From Nostoc punctiforme PCC 73102 (GTDB lineage Bacteria > Cyanobacteriota > Cyanobacteriia > Cyanobacteriales > Nostocaceae), in the NCBI RefSeq assembly GCF_000020025.1, contig NC_010628.1, positions 7,830,001-7,862,000 on the forward strand: a DNA stretch of 32,000 bases, in the 5' to 3' direction. A model generated the notes under the pieces. That model was not told the DNA's origin. It worked only from the letters and a program-made list of their open reading frames with translations, and did no database searches. Within the stretch, counting starts at the first letter, position 1. The number at the start of each line of letters is the position of its first letter. A program made the translations under genes and the position numbers. This document shows positions 24,600 to 32,000 of the stretch, piece after piece.

Positions 24600-24781
24600 A
24601 AAAATTCTTGCTATATTCAACGCTACGTTTCAAGCACCCATTTTAATCCCAATTTTGCGATCGCAGCTCCACACTTCGGGCATTTGGAAAGTAGACCCAA
24701 AAGGAAGCTCAAACTAACCGCCTCCACAAGTTATAAAGTATGTGTAGATGAAACAGCGAGTATTTTGAGAAAAGAATCTGT

Positions 24782-25261
24782 ATGGCAAGCTACCAAGAAA
24801 CCTTAACTAGTGACGAATCCATTAATGAGCTAATCGCCGAGACGACAGGCATTAACCATCTGGAGGTAATTGAAAATGTCATCGACTCTTTGGAACAAGA
24901 TGATAGTGCGATGGTTAGCCATACTCCAGAGGGTGGCTATCTTTGGAAGTTTAAGTATGGAAGTGTGGAGGTATTTGTCCAACTCAACGGTACAACCGAT
25001 GAAGACACCATAACGGTTTGGTCTACGGTGCTAAATTTACCTGCTAAAGATGAACCCAGATTGCTGCGTTATCTGTTGGAGTTGAACTGCTCAAGCACTT
25101 TTGAAGCGCGTTTTGGTATTATAGAAAACAGAGTGGTTGTGATCTCGACACGCACCTTAGCGGAGTTATCTCCCGGCGAAGTGTCTCGGCTCATTACCAT
25201 TGTGGCAACGATCGCTGATAACAACGATGAAGCCTTACAAACTGAATTTGGTGCAACTTAA
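24782..25261 (+). CDS. YbjN-family (T3SS-chaperone-like fold) protein, 159 aa
   Basis: The protein is acidic with the pattern W.F.YGS..V.V......D..I.V.S.V......P..LLR.LLELN......ARF, typical of YbjN/DUF1790-like proteins. The family call is from memory. Confidence 0.55.
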   Translation: MASYQETLTSDESINELIAETTGINHLEVIENVIDSLEQDDSAMVSHTPEGGYLWKFKYGSVEVFVQLNGTTDEDTITVWSTVLNLPAKDEPRLLRYLLELNCSSTFEARFGIIENRVVVISTRTLAELSPGEVSRLITIVATIADNNDEALQTEFGAT

Positions 25262-25299
25262 GGAATTTTGGATTTTGGATTGGGCTCATACTGCATTAG

Positions 25300-26025
25300 A
25301 TGTATAGCAAGCAGGTGTGGCGACTAATTCCTTTGCTAGAGGCGGCTGGCAATGTGCAAATGGCCATTGACAACTGGTTACTAGAACAGCACCAGTCTGG
25401 AAAACATCCGTCCACTTTGCGCTTTTATACTTGGTCGCCATCTGCCATTTCTCTTGGCTATCATCAACGAAAATATCCTGAATATTGGCAAAATTTGACT
25501 TGGCAAGGGCAAAAATTGGATTTAGTGCAACGTCCTACTGGTGGACGGGCGGTATTACACCAAGGTGATTTAACTTACGCTGTAGTCACATCTGGAATTA
25601 CGGGTAGTCGCCTCCAGGTGTACGAAAAAATTTGTGAGTTTTTGATTCAAGGGTGGCGATCGCTCGGCGTAGAATTACATTACGGTACAGAAGGGCGAGG
25701 TTACATCCACAACCCTAACTGTTTTGGCACAGCAACCAGTGCAGATTTAGTTTTGCCAGATGGTGCCAAACTCATTGGTAGCGCTCAACTGCGACGTAGT
25801 GGAGCAATTTTGCAACATGGTTCCATCCGTTTGCAACCCGATGCTGAACTGTTTGCTCAAGTATTTGGTGCAGAATCTTTTAGGACTGTACAACTGCCTC
25901 AAAGCCTGAGTGTGGAAAAGATTATTGCAGATTTAATCACCGCAGCTAGTGATTGTTTTAATATGCAGATAGAGTTACAACCCCTCTCGCCCTCTGAGTG
26001 GGAAGAAATTTTGGCAAAACTATGA
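25300..26025 (+). CDS. Lipoate-protein ligase / octanoyltransferase family (BPL_LplA_LipB domain) protein, 241 aa
   Basis: Motifs seen: LRFYTWSP.AISLGY.Q, RPTGGRAVLH..DLTY and KLIGSAQ.R.....LQHGSI. Confidence 0.8.
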   Translation: MYSKQVWRLIPLLEAAGNVQMAIDNWLLEQHQSGKHPSTLRFYTWSPSAISLGYHQRKYPEYWQNLTWQGQKLDLVQRPTGGRAVLHQGDLTYAVVTSGITGSRLQVYEKICEFLIQGWRSLGVELHYGTEGRGYIHNPNCFGTATSADLVLPDGAKLIGSAQLRRSGAILQHGSIRLQPDAELFAQVFGAESFRTVQLPQSLSVEKIIADLITAASDCFNMQIELQPLSPSEWEEILAKL

Positions 26026-26143
26026 TTTTCCTACCATATAGATATCTGGTGAAAAAGAATTTATAGATGTTGCAATGGAACTTCTCTACAGTGGTTTCAG
26101 GTAACGCATAATTAATTTCTAGAAATGAGTTGGAAACAGACAG

Positions 26144-26842
26144 CTAAACTGACTCCACTGAGGAAGCACCGAAACGATAGCCTTTGCCGTAGACTGTGTG
26201 AATCAGTGCAGTTTCTCTACCTACCTCAATCTTACGACGCAACAAACGAATTAATGCTGCAATCACATTACTACTGGGTTGTTCTTCCTCTTGCCACAAA
26301 TTTTCCATAATTTGGGCATGAGTCATTAGCTGTCCAGTGTGTTCCATAAAATATTGCAGCAACTGGCTTTCTTTTTGCGATAACTCAATTATTCGTCCTT
26401 GGCGATAGGCGACTTGATTTTCACAATCTAGTTCTAAATCAGCGACGGTTAAACGTCCGGTGGTGGTTTCATAGGTTTGGGAACCAGAACGACGCAATAA
26501 AGCACGTACTCTGGCGAGTAACTCGCGCAGTTCAAAAGGTTTAACTAAATAGTCATCAGCGCCAGCATCTAAACCTTGTACGCGGTCATCGAGAGTATCT
26601 TTGGCTGTGAGAAACAGCACGGGAGTGGTTTTGCCTTGTCGTCGCAATTGCTGGCAAATCTCTAACCCCGTTTTTCCTGGCAGCATCCAATCTAAAATTA
26701 GTAGGTCATAACTACCTGCTTGTGCATATTCGCTGCCAATTGTGCCATCGAAAGCGGCATCCACAATATAACCCTCACGAGTTAACAAGCGACTCAAGGG
26801 TTCAGTTAGTTCAACTTCATCATCAACTAATAAAATTCTCAT
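26144..26842 (-). CDS. OmpR-family response regulator (REC plus winged-helix DNA-binding domain), 232 aa
   Basis: REC motifs: MRILLVDDE, LLILDWMLPGKTG, LTAKD, DDYLVKPF. C-terminal domain motifs: L...E..LL.YFM.H.GQ..T...I...LW and IHTVYGKGYRF. Confidence 0.92.
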   Translation of the reverse strand: MRILLVDDEVELTEPLSRLLTREGYIVDAAFDGTIGSEYAQAGSYDLLILDWMLPGKTGLEICQQLRRQGKTTPVLFLTAKDTLDDRVQGLDAGADDYLVKPFELRELLARVRALLRRSGSQTYETTTGRLTVADLELDCENQVAYRQGRIIELSQKESQLLQYFMEHTGQLMTHAQIMENLWQEEEQPSSNVIAALIRLLRRKIEVGRETALIHTVYGKGYRFGASSVESV

Positions 26843-26908
26843 GCTGCTGTGGTAAGCATATAGAGATATTATTCAACTGCTGGATCGCCAAGGATATTAA
26901 GAAAAAGA

Positions 26909-27553
26909 ATGCTGACTGTTGCATTGCCAAAAGGGGAACTCCTTAAAAATAGCATCCGCCTGCTACAATCTGTGGGATTAGATTTTAGCGCTTTTTTAGA
27001 TTCAGGAACTCGCCAACTTCAAATTCCTGATACTAAGGGACTTGCAAAAGCTTTGTTGGTGCGGGCGCAGGATGTGCCTGTCTATGTAGAATATGGTCAA
27101 GCACAACTGGGTGTTGTTGGTTACGATGTGTTGCGGGAGAAGCAGCCGCAAGTTGCCCACTTGGTAGATTTGCAGTTTGGGTATTGTCGGATGTCAGTGG
27201 CGGTAAAAGCATCGAGTTCTTACCGATCGCCTTTAGATTTACCACCGCATGGTAGAGTTGCTTCAAAATATGTGAATTGCGCTCGTGAATATTTCCACAG
27301 TCTAGATTTACCCGTGGAAATCGTACCGTTGTATGGTTCAGTGGAATTAGGCCCGATTACTGGAATGTCAGAAGCGATCGTGGATTTGGTTTCTACAGGA
27401 CGGACTATGCGCGAAAATGGTTTAATTGAAATCGCTACTCTCTATGAAAGCACGGCGCGGTTGATTGCCCATCCTCTGAGTTACCGTATGAATACAGGTA
27501 ATCTCAGTGATGTAATTGCCAAGCTGCGGGAAGCAGTTTTGGTAGAGGTTTAA
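26909..27553 (+). CDS. hisG: ATP phosphoribosyltransferase, short form
   Basis: [61 protein letters not shown]. The 214-aa size fits the short HisG that works with HisZ. Confidence 0.9.
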   Translation: MLTVALPKGELLKNSIRLLQSVGLDFSAFLDSGTRQLQIPDTKGLAKALLVRAQDVPVYVEYGQAQLGVVGYDVLREKQPQVAHLVDLQFGYCRMSVAVKASSSYRSPLDLPPHGRVASKYVNCAREYFHSLDLPVEIVPLYGSVELGPITGMSEAIVDLVSTGRTMRENGLIEIATLYESTARLIAHPLSYRMNTGNLSDVIAKLREAVLVEV

Positions 27554-27699
27554 CAGTTAAGTAGGTCGGCGCAATTAAAGCTAACTGGTTAAGGCTGTCA
27601 TTTCTCATAAGTAAGGGTTTTAAGCCTATTTACGTTTTGTAATATACTTGAGTTTTTTCGCGCCAACTTACTTACAGCAGAATTCAGAAGTAAAACTAA

Positions 27700-27760
27700 G
27701 GTTTTCATTAAAAAAATCATGATTTTCATCAACAAAATCATGATTTTTCTCACTACAGCC
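27700..27760. repeat. Short 21-bp-period repeat containing two copies of the palindrome AAAATCATGATTTT
   Basis: The palindromes lie at 27713..27726 and 27734..27747, with centres exactly 21 bp apart. A degenerate third unit follows. Confidence 0.6.
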
Positions 27761-28014
27761 TTTGACGTAGTGACAAATGACTCGCAGATAGTCTGCAACA
27801 ATTAAATCTCATCATGCAGACTAAATTTGTTTACACTAGGATTAGTGCGATGGCGTACCCGCCTGCCGTAGAAATACGACAAAATTCCAATAGGATTCCC
27901 TGAACAGCCAAAGGCGGGGAAATGACTAAGAATTGTTAAGAAAAGTTAAGCTACTCTTGAGACAGCCATACTGTTGACTGAAAATATTACATTTAGATTT
28001 TTTAATAAAAATTA

Positions 28015-30576
28015 ATGAAAGCTGGACAAATTGATACAGAAATGGCGCGGCTAGAAGCCCTCCGCCAGTATCAAATTCTTGACACCGAACCTGAAGAAGC
28101 TTACGACAATCTTGCTCAGTTAGCAGCATTTATTTGTGGTACTTCTATCTCTTTGGTAAATTTTATTGATGAAAACCGTCAATGGTTTAAGGCAAAAGTA
28201 GGTTTAGATGTATCAGAAATGCCCCGGTGTGTTGGGTTATCTTACCTTTGCCAAGAGCGGCGTAATGTTGTAGTGGTTCCTGATACCCTAGCTGATGAAG
28301 AATTGGCAAATAATCCGGTAGTAACTGGCTATCCATATATACGGTTTTATGCAGGTGTACCCTTAATTACTCCCAAGGGACATATGCTGGGAACTCTGTG
28401 TGTAATTGACCAAGTTCCAAAAGAACTGAGCCAAAAACAAGTGGAGGCGCTTGTAGCTCTGAGTCGTTTGGTAATCGACCAACTAGAACTTAGACGTTAT
28501 GTAACTGAGGTATCTGAAGTTACTGAAAAGCTCATGGCACAGGAGCAAGCAGCCCGCGTCCAGTCTGAAGCTGCGAGAACCCGCATCAATAATCTTCTTG
28601 AAAGCATCACTGATGGGTTTTTTGCCCTGGATAAAAAGTCGCGATTCACCTACATTAATGGTCAAGCAGAACGGCTGTTGCGAAAAAAACAAAATGAGCT
28701 TCTGGGTAAAAACATCTGGGAAGTGTTTCCAGAAATCATCGGCACAACATTCTATCGTGAGTATCACAGGGCAATCTTAGAACAGGTGAGTGTGGAATTT
28801 GAGGAGTTTTATCCGCCACTAAATTGCTGGCTTCAAGTCCACGCTTATCCTGCAAAAGACGGCTTGTCTATTTATTTTCAAGACATTACTGAACGGCGGC
28901 GAACAGTAGAAGCACTACGAGAAAGTGAAGAACGTTGGCAATTAGCATTACATGGTAATAATGATGGCATTTGGGATTGGAACCTTAAGACTAATGAAGT
29001 GTTCTTATCAGCTCGGTGGAAGGAAATGCTCGGTTATAAAGACCACGAAGTTTCCAACGGTTGGGACGAATGGAAAAAGCGAATCCACCCCGATGAGCAA
29101 GATTGGGTACTTCAAGCCTTCCAAGACCACTTTGCCAAGAAAACACCGTTTTATGTCTGTGAATATCGAGTCCAGTGCCAAGACGGCAGCTATAAATGGA
29201 TTCTAGATCGAGGACAAGCACTTTGGGACGCATTGGGTGATATAGTTCGCATGGTGGGTTCTTATACAGATATCACAGATCGCAAGCAGGCAGATGAAGA
29301 ATTAAAGCGGCAGAATTTGCGATCGCAATTATTTGCAGAAATCACCCTGAAAATTCGAGAATCTTTACAAATAGATGAAATTCTCCAAACCACGGTGACA
29401 GAGGTACAAAAATTACTACAAGCTGACCGAGTTTTAATTTTTCGACTGGAGGCTGATGGTTCGGGAACAGTAGTGCAAGAGGCGGTGCTACCTGGTTGGC
29501 CCGTAATTCTGAGAAAAAATCTTTTTGACCCCTGCTTTAAAGAAGAATACATAGAAAGATATCGCCAGGGCAGAGTCAGTGCGATGGAAGACATTGAAAC
29601 CGCTCATATTCAACCATGCCATCGAGAATTTCTTCAGCAGTTTGCTGTCAGAGCTAATCTCATAGTGCCAATTCTCGTCAGGGACAGAATTTGGGGCTTG
29701 TTGCTGGCTCATCATTGTGCCGCACCTCGAAAGTGGAATAACTTTGAGACGGAGTTGTTAAAGCAACTAGCTAACCAAATTGGCATTGCTTTATCTCAAG
29801 CGGAACTATTAGAAAAAGAAACCCAACAAAGTCAGGAACTCGCTCGTTCTAATGCGGAATTAGAACAGTTTGCTTATGTGGCTTCCCATGACTTGCAAGA
29901 GCCATTACGGATGGTAACTAGTTATTTACAGCTACTAGAGCGAAGATACAAAAATCAACTTGATGCCAATGCCGATCAGTTTATCACCTACGCAGTAGAT
30001 GGGGCGCGGCGAATGCAGACCTTAATCAACGATTTGTTGAACTATTCCCGCGTCAGCACCCGTGGACAGCCATTTAAGTTAGTTGATTGTGATGTCATCT
30101 TACAGCAGGCGATCGCTAATCTCCAAATTGCGATCGCAGATAGCAAGGCAATTGTCACTCACGAACCTCTACCTGAAGTGATGGCTGATACTACCCAACT
30201 AACACAAGTATTTCAAAACCTGATTGGCAACGCGATCAAATTTTGCCAGAATCAGCAGCCACAAATTCACATTGGGGTAGCCAAGGCAAATGCAAATCTA
30301 GACGGGGAAAGTTTAAATTCTATACCATTGGCAGATGAATGGTTATTCTCGATACGTGATAATGGCATTGGTTTGGAATCCCAGTATGCAGAACGTATTT
30401 TTATAATTTTTCAGCGCTTGCACGGTAGAGACAAGTATCCCGGTACTGGAATTGGTCTGGCAATTTGCAAGAAAATTATAGAACGTCACGGCGGCCGGAT
30501 CTGGGTTGAATCGAAACCGGGTCAAGGCTCGACTTTCTACTTCACAATTCCAGATAGAGCAGGTAAGCAATCGTGA
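28015..30576 (+). CDS. GAF-PAS-PAS-GAF sensor histidine kinase (phytochrome-type HisKA), 853 aa
   Basis: The N-terminal GAF reads [18 protein letters not shown]....LAA..C. PAS signatures are [21 protein letters not shown] and DITDRK. The H-box is [14 protein letters not shown]. Also [16 protein letters not shown] and GTGIGLAIC. Confidence 0.92.
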   Translation: MKAGQIDTEMARLEALRQYQILDTEPEEAYDNLAQLAAFICGTSISLVNFIDENRQWFKAKVGLDVSEMPRCVGLSYLCQERRNVVVVPDTLADEELANNPVVTGYPYIRFYAGVPLITPKGHMLGTLCVIDQVPKELSQKQVEALVALSRLVIDQLELRRYVTEVSEVTEKLMAQEQAARVQSEAARTRINNLLESITDGFFALDKKSRFTYINGQAERLLRKKQNELLGKNIWEVFPEIIGTTFYREYHRAILEQVSVEFEEFYPPLNCWLQVHAYPAKDGLSIYFQDITERRRTVEALRESEERWQLALHGNNDGIWDWNLKTNEVFLSARWKEMLGYKDHEVSNGWDEWKKRIHPDEQDWVLQAFQDHFAKKTPFYVCEYRVQCQDGSYKWILDRGQALWDALGDIVRMVGSYTDITDRKQADEELKRQNLRSQLFAEITLKIRESLQIDEILQTTVTEVQKLLQADRVLIFRLEADGSGTVVQEAVLPGWPVILRKNLFDPCFKEEYIERYRQGRVSAMEDIETAHIQPCHREFLQQFAVRANLIVPILVRDRIWGLLLAHHCAAPRKWNNFETELLKQLANQIGIALSQAELLEKETQQSQELARSNAELEQFAYVASHDLQEPLRMVTSYLQLLERRYKNQLDANADQFITYAVDGARRMQTLINDLLNYSRVSTRGQPFKLVDCDVILQQAIANLQIAIADSKAIVTHEPLPEVMADTTQLTQVFQNLIGNAIKFCQNQQPQIHIGVAKANANLDGESLNSIPLADEWLFSIRDNGIGLESQYAERIFIIFQRLHGRDKYPGTGIGLAICKKIIERHGGRIWVESKPGQGSTFYFTIPDRAGKQS

Positions 30577-31019
30577 GCATTATAACAGCGATTATGCCTA
30601 TTGAGGTTTTGTTAGTAGAGGACAATCCTGGCGATGCCCAACTTACACGCATCGCCCTAGAAGATAGCAAAATCTCGATTCACCTCAACGTGGTCGAGGA
30701 TGGTGTAGAGGCAATGGCATTCTTGCGAAAACAGGAAAAATATGTCAAAGCAGCCCATCCAGATATTGTGCTGCTCGATTTAAATCTCCCCAGAAAAGAT
30801 GGGCGAGAGGTACTGGCAGAAATCAAAGGAGATGAAAAGCTCAAGCGAATTCCTGTGGTAATTTTGACGACCTCCCAAGCTGAAGAAGACATCCTCAAAG
30901 CCTATAATTTATGTGCAAACTGTTATATAACTAAGCCAGTAGATTTCGATCAATTCGTTAAAATTGTACAATCAATAGAAAATTTTTGGTTTGCGATCGT
31001 AAAACTGCCACCGGAGTAG
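30573..31019 (+). CDS. Single-domain CheY/Rcp1-like response regulator, 148 aa (141 aa if translation starts at the ATG at 30594)
   Basis: Motifs seen: [29 protein letters not shown] and CYITKPVDF. The GTG start overlaps the kinase stop (GTGA). The alternative ATG at 30594 gives [10 protein letters not shown]. Confidence 0.9.
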   Translation: MSIITAIMPIEVLLVEDNPGDAQLTRIALEDSKISIHLNVVEDGVEAMAFLRKQEKYVKAAHPDIVLLDLNLPRKDGREVLAEIKGDEKLKRIPVVILTTSQAEEDILKAYNLCANCYITKPVDFDQFVKIVQSIENFWFAIVKLPPE

Positions 31020-31024
31020 TGGAA

Positions 31025-32000
31025 ATGGCAGGTAAAAATATTAAAGTCTTGTTAGTAGAAGATAACCCTGGTGATGTTTTTTTATTACAGGAGTTTTTAA
31101 AGGAAGTTACCACAGTTGTAGTTGATTTGATACCTGTTGAGCAGCTTTCTGAAGCAATTAACTACTTAGCAAAGGAAATTTTTGATGTGATTCTACTAGA
31201 CCTCTCACTGCCAGATAGCCAGGGGCTAGAAACCTTTGTCATCGCTCACCATCAGGCAAAAGCCACTCCCATAATTGTGCTGACGGGTATAAACGATGAA
31301 ACCTTAGCAATTAGGGCAATGCAAGAAGGAGCGCAGGATTATTTGGTGAAAGGGCAAGTAACTGGCGACTTGCTGGTGCGCTCCATGCGTTATGCCATCG
31401 AACGTCAACGGGCAGACGACGCATTGCGTCACAGTGAAGAGCGATTTCGGGTGGCTCTCAAAAACTCTCCCATCTTTGTCTACAACCAAGATATGGAGTT
31501 ACGCTATACCTGGGTTTACAATCCCCCATCTGGATTGACAGTTGAGGAAATATTGGGCAAACAAGACTTGGATATTATGCCAGGTGAAGATGCTCAACGT
31601 CTTACCACAATTAAACGTGGGGTGCTAACCATTGGCATAGGAATGCGAGAGGAAGTATCAATTACAATCAAAGATACAACTCGATATTACGATTTGACAG
31701 TTGAGCCATTGCGGAATGAGTCGCAAGCAATTCTCGGCGTGACATGCGCGAGTATTGATATTAGCGAACGACAAGCTGCGCTACGCGAACGCAAATTGGC
31801 AGAAGAAAAAATCCGCGAACAAGCGGCATTACTAGATGTCACCACTGATGCCATTTGCGTGCGAGATTTAAACAATCAAATTATTTTCTGGAACAAAGGC
31901 GCAGAAACGCTTTACGGCTGGAAAGCTACAGAAGCTTGGGGCAAAAATGCTACTGAGCTTTTGTTTGACGAACCTTCACCAGAAATCGAAGCGGCTCTTT
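31025..32000 (+). CDS. Receiver-PAS protein, probably the start of a hybrid kinase. The 3' end is cut by the window edge.
   Basis: The frame is open from the ATG at 31025 to the window end. It is absent from the ORF track because it has no stop. REC motifs are [21 protein letters not shown] and DYLVKG. PAS modules follow (SEERFRVALKNSPIFVY, EKIREQAALLDVTTDAICVRD). It starts 6 nt after the previous stop. Confidence 0.88.
   Translation, partial: MAGKNIKVLLVEDNPGDVFLLQEFLKEVTTVVVDLIPVEQLSEAINYLAKEIFDVILLDLSLPDSQGLETFVIAHHQAKATPIIVLTGINDETLAIRAMQEGAQDYLVKGQVTGDLLVRSMRYAIERQRADDALRHSEERFRVALKNSPIFVYNQDMELRYTWVYNPPSGLTVEEILGKQDLDIMPGEDAQRLTTIKRGVLTIGIGMREEVSITIKDTTRYYDLTVEPLRNESQAILGVTCASIDISERQAALRERKLAEEKIREQAALLDVTTDAICVRDLNNQIIFWNKGAETLYGWKATEAWGKNATELLFDEPSPEIEAAL

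Noticed and set aside
24623-24727. Minus-strand mini-ORF of about 34 codons with a single CPKC motif between the MoxR and YbjN-like genes
   Set aside because: It has a GTG start and only one Cys pair, so it is not a complete zinc ribbon. The HIP1 site sits inside it. It is too short to support.

Overview
This looks like a chromosomal segment from a filamentous, Nostocales-type cyanobacterium. It is AT-rich by eye (GC not computed). I counted at least about 30 copies of the HIP1 octamer GCGATCGC by eye. It also carries STRR-type heptamer tandem repeats and nested small dispersed repeats. I can support 22 protein-coding genes, two of them cut by the window edges, plus one gene remnant. I see no rRNA, tRNA, CRISPR array, transposase, integrase or recognisable restriction or Cas genes.

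Gene content is dominated by signal transduction:
- two paralogous Hanks-type Ser/Thr kinases
- five sensor histidine kinases or hybrid kinases
- three receiver proteins

The remaining genes are housekeeping or conserved: hisG, arfB, a YbcJ-like S4 protein, a RapA-like SNF2 ATPase, a MoxR ATPase, a lipoate-ligase-family protein, a Uma2 nuclease, a P-loop NTPase with DUF697, a TerB-like protein, and the 3' part of a radical-SAM gene.

I found no canonical new multi-gene system. The leads I consider most worth follow-up are:
1. An intact rhomboid homologue in which both catalytic-dyad residues and a TM2 histidine are substituted, making it a bacterial pseudoprotease candidate.
2. Two sequence-related 21-bp tandem arrays in inverted orientation. 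They bracket a 4-gene block (NTPase-DUF697, Uma2 nuclease, ArfB, YbcJ-like), which includes a tight ybcJ-like/arfB pair.
3. Array A itself, which is a run of phased 13-bp palindromes spaced exactly 21 bp apart.
4. A 1.1-kb gene-free repeat graveyard containing a 63-bp tandem array, a filled versus empty nested small-repeat site, and a 169-bp MITE-like element abutting a glycosyltransferase start remnant.

All functional calls come from motif recognition by eye. No database search was run.
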